The notes under the pieces were generated by a model. The model made no database searches. It saw nothing but the letters and a program-made list of their open reading frames with translations, and was not told the origin of the DNA. From the NCBI GenBank assembly GCA_963575745.1, contig CAUYUJ010000113.1, positions 62,001 to 118,090 on the forward strand: a DNA stretch of 56,090 nt, given 5' to 3'. Position 1 is the stretch's first letter, and each line of letters opens with the position of its first letter. Origin of the DNA: Prorocentrum cordatum. Taxonomy: Eukaryota. Position numbers and translations under genes: made by a program. Of the stretch, positions 29,400-41,470 are shown one piece after another.

Positions 29400-32300
29400 G
29401 CCACAGCCAGCGCTGAGGATCCCGAGGGCAAATGGCACGAGCATTGCCTGCTTCGCGACCCCGCGGCGCTCCCAGACAAGGAACAGCGTCTGGAATGCGG
29501 GGGCGGCGCGCGTTTGCTTTCTGAATGCGGGTGAGAGAGATCTTAAACATCTTGCGACAGTGCTCGTCGCGGAGAAACGGCGCGCGCAGAGAGGCCTTCG
29601 CGGGCATGCCTGGGCTCCGCGGCGCGTCGAGCCCGAAGTCGGCCTCGTTTTTGTCCTCGCGCAACTACGATGGCATCTCCGGCGCTCGTCGTTTGGATCC
29701 GTCGCAAAGCGCATGCAGCGCGCGGCCCGCGTCGGGGCGCGGAACAAACGAACATTTTAGATGGCAGCGCTTGTTTGGGAGCGTGCCAGGAATGATGGGC
29801 GCTGTTCAGCGCGGCCTGCGGATCCCTGGGAACCTCGGCGGCCCCGCGGGGCCGCGGGCATCGCGATTGACCGCTGCCGCTGGGGCCCCGGCGAGTGCGG
29901 CGCCCAGGTTAAATGGGCCAGGGCCCGGCGCGCCGGCGCCGTGGATGACGGCGCCCGACGCCTACTGGACCTCCCCGCACGGGGCGTGGGCACGCCCTGC
30001 GCCGCCCATGACGCGCGCGAGGCCTCGCGCTGGGCCGCGGGGCGTCTCGCGGGAGACCCGAAGGCTACGCGCGAGGAGCCGCGGCTAATCGCTCAGAGCC
30101 TCAAGCATTCCAGCGCCGCGCTGAAATCTTGAACCCCCCCATGCCCGAACAGGTCGAGTTCCGGGGCCTTGGCGTCGAGGACAACGACGTCCAGGCTCGA
30201 TGGGTGACACCCGGCCTCGATCCGGACCTCGTCGACGACCTCGCGCGGGCTGCGCCCGCGGTCGTGGGCGAGGCTTCGCGCCTCCATCCACGCGTCGCTG
30301 ATGGCCCCAACTGGCAGGGGCGATTGACGACCCTCGTCATGGCCGCGTTCCGGTGGACCTCCCGCTCAGATTCCCGTTTGGGGGCCCCGCGGCAGGACTG
30401 CGCAACGGATATTAGCGGCCCTTTCCATTCGACAGCAAGAAAGGGGCATTCTATCTGAAGGATGTCCGGCGCCATGCGCCTGGGCTGAAGTTGTGGCTTG
30501 TAGCCATTGCCATGGCAAGCTGGCCGCGTGACGCGGTGCCTGGCTCTCTGCTCGCTGACGATCGTAATTCTGCTGAGGTTCGATGACATCGCGACGGAGA
30601 TATCGGACGAGCTTCGCCTTTTGAGTTTGGTTTCAGTGAACGCGCGGCGTTTGCTCCTACAGGCGACGCGAACGCGGGCGCGCCGAAACTGCGCAGCGGT
30701 TGTATCGAGCCCGCCCACATGGCGGTCAGCTCCGTGCGCGATCGCTTCCTGCGGCCCCCTGCTCGACGCCCGTTGAAGTTAGCCGCGGGCGATTTGGGCG
30801 AGAACGTGGATGCGTTCGCGGGTGCGCCAACCGCGATGGATTCTGAGGTCGCGCGCAAAATCCAGACTCTCGCCAAGAGGGGCGCGCGCCCGCCGCGCCC
30901 CTCTGTTGATCCGAGGTCTTAGCTGGACTTCTGCCTGCGCAGAGCAGCTGCGCGCGATTCTGACTACCCCGCAACGCTTTCACAATCGTCATGGCAAAGA
31001 GATGATGGCAGCCAGGCGCATTGCGATCGCCATTTCCCCCCTCGCCTTCTGCCCCGAGGGAGGCGCGTTTGAGGCGAAGCTTCGTGACGGAATGGCCAGA
31101 TTGAGGAGGGAACGACCTGAGGGCGTCGACGGCAGGCGGGAGTTTTTCAAAACGGCCGCTCGCGCCAAGACTGCGGCGGCCGGGCGGAAGTTGACGCGGG
31201 GCGGCAAAACATATATTATGAAAACCCATGGGCATTGGCGGGTCGTGGCTGACGAGAGCGCCCAGGCCCGCAATGATCAGAAGGCTGTCCTCGCATTGGC
31301 GGGGGCGAGGGGCGACGTCGACAGCGACTCGGCTCTCTGGGGCCCCCCCCCCCGGCCACGCGCCTTGCCGGGGAAGGCGCCGGGCGCGGGGGCGCGGGTA
31401 TCATGCGCCGTCTGACGGATTGCAGGCTGACCGACTCGGAGCTGGCAAGCGCGTGCTTGATGTGGGAAACCTGCGAGGCCACAGCCTCAGAAGTGCCCCC
31501 CCCCCTTCGGGGAGCGGCGCTGGCGCTGGCCCGGGCGGCCCCCATGGAGCCAATGCCCCCCCCTCCCAAAGAAAAAAATCCGGATCTGAGCAAACCCTGC
31601 GCCAGCTTCGGGGAAGATGGCGGCGACTCAGCAAGATCGCGCGCGTTGCGCGGTCTTGCGCGCGCGGACGCCTACGGCGGAAAAGACGGCTTGTGTTCGC
31701 GCGCGCCAGGCAGCGACCGCGCGCCGCCAGCTTCTGCGAGATGGCCTTTTTTTCCGCAGCCGCTGGCGCCGAAGCAGAGCAGCGCGAATTGACGTCGCGC
31801 GCCTTCGTCTGGATGCGCCAAGTCAATTTGCCGTCGCGACATAGGTTCTCAGGCAGTAGACGCGTCTCAAATATCAGTTGTCATCTTCTTGACTTTCGAT
31901 TCCAACGGGAGGTGCTGCAGTGATTTCGTAGAGATGTCCTTTGAAGAGTGGACGGGGCAGATGCCATTGCCCGTGGAGCAGGGCAGCGAGGGCGCGGGGC
32001 GTGCATTGCCTGGGTGGCTCACCCTGCGCGACTTCTTGAAGAGTCCCTGGTTGGTTGAACACGTGGAGAAGATGGCTGGGGAGTTCAGCGAGGACGACCG
32101 GAACCGACCAGCTCCCGGGCGAGCGCGCGCCTCGCCTGCCAAGGTGGAGCCAAAGGGGGGAGACATATTCACATGCAACATGGGCAAAAAGCTGGAACAT
32201 GTCGTTGTCCTGGCGCCCCGGGCACTTGATTTCGCCTTCGCTCTGAGGAAGGGCAAGACTGCCATGGAGAAAACCAGCGAACCCATCGATGTCGCCGGGA

Positions 32301-32480
32301 GGCAGGCGCATCCGTGGCGAGAAGATGGTTGGTGGACTGAGGCGGCTCTCAAAGTTTCGACAGCTCGCGGGCGCGGCGCGGGGAGTGGGAGGCAATCGCC
32401 CCGCGCCAGGGCTGGTGCTACTGGGCGCAGCGTATGTTCGACGCGCGCCGGGATTACCAGGATCTGGACATCCTGACCGA
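29400..32480 (+). pseudogene. fragmented coding relic, possibly a decayed DNA-transposon gene
   Basis: Protein-like frames broken by stops and frameshifts (LRLLSLVSVN.., SWTSACAEQLRAIL..HGKEMM.., FAFALRKGK..DGWW); family not recognised with certainty. Confidence 0.3.
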
Positions 32481-33489
32481 GCCCCAGGGGCAGCCGGCGG
32501 ACGGGGCCCCGCGCTGGCAGCGCATTGCGCTGGTGGGGAGGCTTGTTTAGAGCGCGCCTTCCATCCGCGCCCGCCCGCTGCCCTGCCGCACGAGCCAGAG
32601 CTAAGACAATGGCGGCCCGGAGAGATCCCAAACCGCCCAGGCACGCGCCAAGCAAAAAAATTGCGGGCTGCGTACTGCAAGCCACGCTACAGACATCAAA
32701 AACAACGCGCGTTCAAATTGGTGCCGCGCTGCCCCCAGACAGAGAGAACTCCGCGGCGCCGCGCCGCGCCGCGGCGCCGGGCGCCCCCGGCCAGCGCGCA
32801 GCATTGAGCTTCCACGTGCGCGGGGCCGGCCTGCAGGCGCGACGCTGCCGCGCGCCCTTGTTTTTTTTTTCTCCCTGCGCGGGCCCCGGGGGCCTCCGAG
32901 GGAGGAGCGCCCCGGCCCGCAAGGGCCGAGCCTGCGCCGGAGAGCGTGGCTCTGTCCTGCTCGGGAGGGGCCCCGGGCGGGGGCCCCTCGCTGCCCGCCT
33001 CGAATCGCCCGGGGAAGGCCGAGCGCCGAATCGTCTCTGCACCGACAGCCGAAGTGGTGCGCACTGGGGGCGGTCTTGGCGGTGCACACTGGGGTTATGC
33101 GATTGATTTGCATGGCGCAGTTCCCCGCGTGCACCGCGGGGGCCCGGAGCACGTTCCCCAGCGGGCACCGCCAGTGCGCGGCATTCCCTGCGCGAGCCAC
33201 AGGCCGCCCCCGGCGTGCGCCACGCGCCGCCCCCAGCGTGCGCGCGCCGCACCGTTCCCCAGGCGTGCGCCGCCCCCTGCGTGCACCAACTGCGCCGGGG
33301 TCGTCTCATCCGTAGCCTGTCCGGCCCATGCCGCGGAGGTCGGCCCAAGTCGCGGAGGTCGGTTCAAGCCGGGGTCGCCGGGCGAAGCGCGAGGGGGCGC
33401 TCTCCGCGCCCGCGACGTAAGGAGGGCTCTCCCTGTTCGAGCGATGGGGGGCATCGGGGCGCCCGGGGCGCCCGCCGGCAAGAGGAGCT

Positions 33490-34061
33490 CCGTTGAGCTC
33501 TGCGCGTGGTGCGAGACGGCGGAGGCCGTCAGCCTCGCCTCTTTCAACGAACTTGCCAAGTTCGCGAGGGGTTGACGCCGCTCGCGGTGACCTTGGACCG
33601 GGCGTGACGGACCTCGTGAACCGGGCGGGCATGCGGGCCGCCGCGCACCTCGAGAGCTTCATTGACATCGTGGGCGCGCGCGATTTGGTTATGCTGCAGC
33701 TCCTCAACATGGCCAAGCGCGACAAGACCGGCTTGCGCCAGTTTTTTCACTGATGAGGGCTCCATGTTGGGCTTGCTGATTGACGCGACACAAACATGGG
33801 CCATCCTTAACGAGACAGAGGACATGGGGAGGCACATCGGGTCCGTGGTCGAGCTGCCCAGCCAGAGCAAGACGGCGAAGCAGGCCTTCAAGAAGATTAA
33901 GAAGGACACTGCCACCTCGCACCTCTCGGCCTTCGCGAGGCAGGATATCAACTTCTGAAACGGCACCCGTGTCGCCCAGGAGCTCGTCGACCGGGCGCGC
34001 CAGGCATGCCTCGAGGAGGCGCCCTTGCCCAGGTGCATCGAAGGCCTCGCTCGCGGGGCCC

Positions 34062-34116
<55 letters not shown>

Positions 34117-35770
34117 CGCGACGACGACGACGGCGACGGCGACGGCGACGGCAACGGCGACGATGACGACGACGACGGCGACGACAACGACGACGACGAT
34201 GACGACGACCACGACGACGACGGCGACGACGACGATGACGACGGCGACGACGACGACGCCTGGGTCGCCTTGCCGGCCGAAGAGCTCGCGGAGGGCACCG
34301 CGAGCTATTCTATTCGACCACGACGACGACGTCGATGACGACGACGACGGCGACACCGACGACGACGACGACGACAACAACGAAGGCGACGACGACGACG
34401 ACGACGGCGACGACGACGGCGCCGACGACGACGACGATGCCAGGCTCGCCCCGCCGGCCGAATGGCTCGCGGAAGGCGCCGCGAGCTACTCGGCCAGCGG
34501 GGTCGGCCCCCCCCGAACTGCGCCTTGCCAACAGCTTTCCGGGGGGCGTCGTGGATATGATGTCCAGGGGTCTTATCTGCCGAGACTGGGGCAGGAAATC
34601 CGGGGGGGGGCGTGCCGGTTGGTCCCCGCGGCTGGCTCGGGGGGGCGTTTTGGGCCAGCTGCTTTCGGGGCGGCATTTGGATTCGGCCGCGGGCTGCCCG
34701 CGCGAATGGCTTCCTGGGCACGGCCCCCGGGAGCCCCGTTCTCTCGGGGCTGAGTGGGGAGCAGATCAAGATCGCGGTCACGACTTTCAAGCAGGAGGTG
34801 AAGCGGGCGATCCACCTGGGCAAGAACATCGGCCGGGGCAAGGGTTTGCTGCGGTCGCGGCTCGAGGCGGAGTTCGCGGTCGCGAGGCCAGAGGATACGG
34901 GCTCGCCCATCGATGCAGAGTTGCTTGTTGAGTGAACCAAGTCGCGATCCATCATCAGCGACCTCGCGGAGAGCCTGGCGCCGAGCGTGGGCGGGGCGTC
35001 CGTCATTCGTTCCATCGTGTCCCGCAGCAGCCGGCGGCTTCCGCATGACGGCGGCGGCCGACACTGCGCTGCTGCGGAAGTGCCCGGGGGAGACCGGCAC
35101 CGCGTCCATGCGGCGCGTGCTCGAGACAGATTTCCCGCGCCCAGGCTTTAAGAGCGATGGTGATGCAATGATTTTGCCCCCGCGGGATTTCCGCGCATCT
35201 CGATTGGCCAGCTTCTGTGGCAAAGCGCCGAAAACCGAGGCGATGGCGACGCTGTGCAGAAGTGGCTGAGCAAGGGGCGCATCCAGCCTGAGACCGCGAA
35301 CGCCGCGGGCGCCCAGAAGGCGGCCCTCGATCGAGCGCCTCGCGCGCGTGCGCCACGCGGCGGCGAAGAACGAGGCGAGCGGCATGACCGCGGCGCTCAC
35401 GGGCGGAAGCGCGCTGATGCATTTGCTCTGCCAGCTGCAGGACAAGGTGCAGATGGGCGGCCCCGTCACCATCAACGAGACGGCGCCGCTGCAGGTGTTC
35501 AACTACGCGCTGGACGAGGGCGACCAGAAGCTCAGGCCGAAGATCACGCAGACCGCTATGGCGACGATGCGGGAGCAGGCTGCCGCCAGCATCATTGGCG
35601 CGGCCGCCGCGCAGGCGGTGGAAACAGTGGGCGTCGCGGAGGCCCCGCGGACGCACCCGAAGGAGATGCTCGGAGTCGTGCCGGCCGGGTCGATTTCGGA
35701 GGCGTCTGCAAGCAGCGCGGGCGCCGAGCGGAGGGCGAAGATGGCCCGCGTGGCCAGCGTCTTCCTGTAG
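33490..35770 (+). pseudogene. fragmented coding relic of unknown family, interrupted by (GAC)n tracts
   Basis: Helical-looking frames 33550-33958, 34750-34935 and 35348-35770 linked by frameshifts. Confidence 0.3.
34063..34495. repeat. (GAC)n microsatellite in two tracts, each followed by a related ~55-bp unit
   Basis: GAC runs 34063-34258 and 34317-34438; units ..CCGGCCGAAGAGCTCGCGGAGGGCACCGCGAGCTA and ..CCGGCCGAATGGCTCGCGGAAGGCGCCGCGAGCTA. Confidence 0.9.
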
Positions 35771-36199
35771 AAGCCGCGGGTCTGAGATGGCTGCGAGCAC
35801 GCGGGGGCCCGGCGCCCGCCCGCGCCCCGATCGTCATCTTAGGGCGGCCTCGTCGGCGACCCCGCCTGGCAGGGAGGCCCGGGCCTCCTTGCCGGGCGGG
35901 GTCGCCGGGGAGGCCGCCCTGCCATGGGCCTGCGCCCGCTGCCAGCGGGATCTCCTTGCGCTGCGAGGCCGGCGCCCCCTGCGACAAAGGAACATGGCCT
36001 GCCGCGCCTCCCTGCGGCTAGGGCGTCGCGCGGGCGCCTGGCGGTGAGCGCCCAGCAACTGCGCTCTTCACATCGGTGCGACATCCTTCGATGCAGCCGC
36101 GTTTTGTGCGATCGCCCTGGTGCGATCATATATGGTGCGGCGTTCTTTCGTACTACCGTTTTCGGTGCGCTCGTTCTGCGCACAATCACTTCTTGCACG

Positions 36200-36650
36200 A
36201 CCACCTCCGGCGCAGTTAGTTACTCTTGGTGCGACCACTCGTGGCGCAATCGTTTCTGGCAGGACCACTTTTGGTACGATCATTTTTGGCACGGCCCCAC
36301 TCAGTGCGATAACCTCGATGCGAACAGCTTTGGTACGATTTCCTTCGGCACAGTCACCTGCGGTACGATCTTCGCGCGGTGTGATATTGTGTCAGCGACC
36401 AACTCTGGTTCGACCATGATAGACACGATCGCATTCGGCACGGTCTCCCTGGTACGATTACCTTTGGCACGGTCACCTTTGGTACGGTCGCCATTGGTAC
36501 GACCGCCTTTGGTACGATCACTTCTGGTGCGATCCCCAACGGCACGACCACTTTCGGTACGATCGCCCGTATGCGATCTCCTGTGGCACGATCACTTCCG
36601 GTACGACCTCTTTCGGTGCGATCACCATTTCTGGCACGATCACTTCTGGG
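36200..36650. repeat. 15-bp minisatellite (TGGTACGATCACTTT-like)
   Basis: Repeated GGTACGATC / GGCACGATC / GGTGCGATC with ~15-bp period. Confidence 0.8.
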
Positions 36651-37085
36651 CGCGAGGGGGTCAAGAGCCACGGGGGCGTACCTCGCAACAGACTGTATGT
36701 CTGTCTTCCTTCGTCTCCACAACTCGCTCTTTCCCATGTTTCCTTTCCTGCCCCTTTCCGCTATTATTTCTGGGGCAGTACCGCGGGGGCCGACTCATGC
36801 CGCCCAGGTCGTCTCCGTGCAGCGCAGTGCAATGTTTTCCAGGGCCCTCAGCCCCGAGTCAGTGGCCAACGGCGCGCGGCGGCGCGCAGTTCGTAGTTCG
36901 ATTCGCCCACGACGCCGCGGAGGCCTCGAGGAGGCGACGGGCGCGGGGCCGCAAGCCTCCGGAGACGCAGCTGGCGGGGACAGTTGCCACCACTCGAAAT
37001 GTCCATCGTCCGTCGCGCAGATCTCGCGGCAGTTGCGATCATGCGTTTTGTCAAGCACCCTTCTACAGTAGAAGGGGCGCAGTGT

Positions 37086-37289
37086 TCCTCCTCATCGTCC
37101 TCCCCCTCTTGCCTCCCTCCTCTTCGCCTCTTCCCTCTCCCCTTCCCCCTCCCTCATCCCTCGCCTTCCCTCTCTCGCCTCCTCTTCCCCCTTTTCTGTC
37201 CCCTCCCTCTCCCTATCCTGGTCCCCCCGTTTCCTCTCCCTCCCCCTCCCCTCCCTCCCTTCTTCTCCCTCTTCCTCATCCTCCTCCCA
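37086..37289. repeat. polypyrimidine low-complexity tract
   Basis: CT-rich stretch. Confidence 0.8.
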
Positions 37290-37964
37290 GCGCTGACTCA
37301 AAACCAACTCTGGCCGTCGCAGCGGCCGCGCGCTGGCTCGCGAGCAGCGGCGGCGGTTCTAGCGGCAGCGCCAGCAAAAACCCGTTGCCGCGGCGGCCTC
37401 GGCGCAGGCCGCGCCGCGAGGGCAACCGCGTCGAACTCCCCGCCGCAACGGTCAACAACAATCTTGCCTTTCCTGCGACGGCCGCGTCGCGGTTTCTGGT
37501 TTTACGGCGTCTGGCAATGCATCGCCCCCCATTTCTCGCGCACGAATATCACCCAAAGTGTGATGGTACACTACTCCGGCCGAAGAACATGCACAATCGC
37601 TCCAGGCCCAAACTGGCCGCGATAAAATGTGCGTGTTCTGCGCTAGCCGGGCCGATAAGAATGGTCATGGTGTTGGGCATATGTAGCAGAACGCGTGTCC
37701 TCATGAGCACTGCGCAAGTTCGGCTGGCCTTGTGCCCCTGGATCGCCGCCGCGCCTCGGGCGCGCCTGGCATCGTCGAGGCATTATGCGCGGCCGCGCAT
37801 TGGTCGCTCGCGCGGGCCAAGTCGAAAAAACAAATATTGGTACTTTTTAGAAAAGACGGTCGCCTGCCGTTGTAGCCGTGACGACCAAAACGTTCATCGG
37901 CGACGCGCTGGCATCATCGCCATCGGCGCGAACGGCATCGGCGCCGTCATTGGCCCTGCCGTGG

Positions 37965-38210
37965 CCATCGTTGTCATCGCCATCGGGTCCGCCGTCGTCG
38001 ACGCCGCGATGCCGCGCCCGCCCGCGCCACCGACCCGCGCCGAATTGCCCGCGCGCTGGCGCGGCCCGTGAGTCGCGCTGTGGGGCCCCCGCCAGTCAGC
38101 ACCGCAGCGGTTGCGTCGTCGGAGCCAGACTAGCTGGCCGCTCTGCGCGCGAGTTTGCGCGCGCCTGCGCGGCCGCGGAAATGCGCCAGAAGCAGCCGCC
38201 GCAATTGCCG
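37965..38210 (+). repeat. diverged direct repeat, copy 2
   Basis: See 27140-27400. Confidence 0.75.
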
Positions 38211-40759
38211 CCGCGTAAGTTTTGCAAGCCGAATTCTAAATGGGAGAGCGGAGCGGATGCGCGAGCAGAGGAGCTGGCGGGTGCAAGTTCTGCAAGGTGG
38301 GTCGCTCATATATTGCACCACGTATATAGCATCACATCGAATGCGCCACGTAGATTGCACCACATGGTTTGCAGTACGGAAACTGCACCACATAGATGGC
38401 ACCACATATTGCAACACAGAAAACGCTGGAGCACATTGTTTGGGGTCCACGCTGTCTAACCTGTGTATATGTGAAGCTCGGAGCGCTCGCGCCATATTTG
38501 ACTTCCAACCCCTACCACCCATCCGTTCCCATTGCGCCGATATTCCTCCTTTTGTCGATGGGTGTCATAGCGGGCCTGAAGCCTTCAAAAGGCACAGTCG
38601 TGTTATGCGCAATCATAAAACGGGAAGATGTGTACGTTGGAGGGGGGGAAGAGGTGGCGGATGAGCAGGAAGAAGAGGACGATCACGATTAGCAGCAGGA
38701 GCAGGAGCGGGAGGAACAGGACGAGCAGGAGGTTCAGGGGAAACCGGATGAGGGGAAAGGGGTGGGGAGGCAACGATGTGGAATGATGATGTGGAAGGAC
38801 TGAGGCGACAAGGCCGTTTTGGACGACGGAGGCGAAGCATCGACCCGAAAATTACGTAAACGCCGCAGCGAGGACACCACTTTGACACCGAAAACGCTCC
38901 GATGGAAAAAAACACATGATATGAAAGAACAAGTTTTGAATTCCGGTGTGAAAGCCGTACGCGGACAGGGCGGGATGTTCTCACCACGCAATCGGGGGAG
39001 AGAGGAGACAGTCAGTCAAGCTTGGCGTTCAAACGGCGCAGTGGCAAAGAAAAAAGGTATGAATGGCACGCTCGCGGATGGAAGGGGTGACGGGCGGGGA
39101 GGAGGGCGGAGGAAAGGGGGAGGGAATGAAAAGTTAAAACCACTGATCGACACAGTGGTTGCGAACGCATTCGGGCCATTGTTGCTCAGGCCCTTCATGC
39201 TTCCGGCGGAGATCCCAGCGCCGCGGCCCGTTTGAATGCGGATCGCAACTGAGCGTTCGTAAAAGAATGATCGTTCGGGAGGGCCACAATTTTACAATAC
39301 AGTGCTGTTTGCCTCTCACTGAGTGTGGTGTTCAGCGCCGATTCGCCACTTCGTTCCAATATGGGTTTCTTTGTAATTCGAGATACAAATGAAGGTGGAA
39401 TGGTGGAATGGACAGTATGTTCCGGATGCAACGTGCATGGAACCCATCAAGTTTGCGCTTGTCTACGTGAAGTAACCAGGCTGATTCCAAATTGTAGATT
39501 GGTACCACAATCGCTTTGTACAGCTAATTTTGCTATTTCGCTCGCATGCACCCAACATTTGTGTAGAGATTTGATCATAGCTTTTGGTTCACATGTTCTG
39601 CCCGATGGTTCCGATTTGGCTGACATGTCTAACATCAGCAGACTCCCCAAGTATACAATTGTGTCAACCATTTGTGCTGTTATCCCTGCCGAGTTTTACA
39701 TCACACTATTCAGGTTTATACCACTCGCAGCTGTATTGCCCCTGTTTAGGTCCAAGCCGTAGCGCGCACCTTGTTTGATGACGTAGTCGAGTAAGTGTGA
39801 AGTTGGTCCGTCTTGCTGCTGACTAGCATCGTATATTTGGCGTACAACAGATCAGAGCACACCACATACGGCGGTTCCTCGACAGTGCCGCCTCTGTCAC
39901 GCATTTGTTGTTGTCGATTTCGAAGAAGTCCATCACCGAATGTGCACTGATGAACACATAGGGAGAAAGCGGGCACCCTTGAGCGATGCCAGCGCGCTGT
40001 TGCCGTGGAGTTGCATCCCCCCACCATCCTTCATATCAATATAGAGTAGTTGTAGATGTCGGGAAGGAGACGGGGAGGCGCGGGGGGAAGAGGGAGAGGC
40101 AGAGGTTGAAGCGGGAGGAGAATGAGGAGTCGGAGGAGGAGATGAGCAGGAGGATCAGGAGGAGAACGACAGTTAGAGGAGAAAAGGGGAACGGAAAGGG
40201 CGGTGATGAAGAGAAGGGTGCGGAGAGGGGAGCACGATCATGAGGATGTCAGAGGGAATTGCACGAAGGATGAGCACGAGGCTGAGAAGGAGGAGGTGGA
40301 GGAATCGGAGGAGGAGGAATCGGAGGAGGAGGAAGAGAAAAAAGAGTAGGAGAACGAGGAGTATGAGACAGAAGGGGGAAGAGGAGGAGTCATAGCTGAC
40401 CCCCAGACAAAGAGGGGGAGAGAGGAGGGCCATGTGGAGGACAGGGGGTGAAGGGTAGCAAGAGTGGGGCGAGGGTCGAAAGAGACTTTCCATTCGGAGG
40501 CGGAGACCGTCTGGTCTTCGGCCCCCCAGTCCATGAGCTGCATATGTATCACAATAACGTTTATCAAATGTGAGTCCGTGCCCAGGTTTCCATCCACCTC
40601 CCGAACTTTGCATCGCACGTTCCAACCAGGTCGTCACTGTCCCTCCCCCCCGCCCCCGAAGTGCTCCATGGGGGTGGACACAAGAAGTGAGAGGAGGAGG
40701 AGGAGGAGGAGGAGAGGAGGAGGAGGAGGAGGAGGGGGAGGGGGAGGGGGAGGAGGAGG

Positions 40760-40939
40760 TGTGATAACGAGCACTTCCCCTCCTTCTAAACCCATGATTT
40801 CGCCTCGTTTCCGCACGCTCTCGTAATACCCGCTTTGCCCGCAACCGTTTTCTCTCAAACAGGGCCCTTGGCCTCAGAGCTACGCCATCCGCACCGCGTG
40901 CAGAAAAAACTTGTTCATCTACGATCATTACATATCACA
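40760..40939 (+). repeat. 5' LTR (180 bp)
   Basis: Starts TGTGATA and ends TATCACA (perfect 7-bp inverted termini); roughly 75% identical to the 3' LTR by manual alignment. Confidence 0.88.
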
Positions 40940-40940
40940 G

Positions 40941-40955
40941 TGGTAGCTGGGAGCG
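40941..40955 (+). promoter_or_regulatory. primer binding site
   Basis: TGGTAGCTGGGAGCG 1 nt after the 5' LTR; TGG is complementary to tRNA CCA. Confidence 0.7.
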
Positions 40956-41099
40956 TGCGAGCCCCGGCAACATCGCGTTGCTGCTGCCCGTCGTGCCGCA
41001 CACGACGCATTCCATAGCCATAGCGACGACGGCTGCGCCATCGTCCATAGAATTCACGCCCACCGGTGCCCCGCTGCTTGCCGGAGCCTTCATATCGCT

Positions 41100-41445
41100 C
41101 TACTTCTTGGACGTCTGCGACGCCCAGCCCGACGCCTACTCTTACTTCCCGGACGTCAGCGACGCCCAGTCCGACGCCCAGCCCGACGCCTACCTTCCGA
41201 ACTTCACCGACGCCGCCAATACCGATGTCATAACCTCCCAGAACTTCAGCGAAACCGCCGGGTTCGATATCACAAACTTCCAGAACCTCCGAGAAACCAA
41301 AAAACGTTCGCTTTCATAATACCCCTGAACATCACCGAAGTCGTTGGGTTCGATTGCCACTGTCCCTGGACTTCAGTGAAGCCGCCAAGTTCGATTTTAC
41401 TTATTCCCTGGACTTCAGTAAAGCCCTCAAGTTCGACTCCACGAT
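41100..41445 (+). repeat. degenerate ~42-bp tandem repeats in the Copia leader
   Basis: CCCTGGACTTCAGTGAAGCC..GTTCGA-type units at ~41237, 41279, 41323, 41364, 41406, with related units upstream. Confidence 0.65.
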
Positions 41446-41470
41446 CTATCAGCATTTCACTTTCGCCACC

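Noticed and set aside
35924..38071. 715-aa ORF
   Set aside because: Runs through a 15-bp minisatellite and a CT tract; low complexity with no domain
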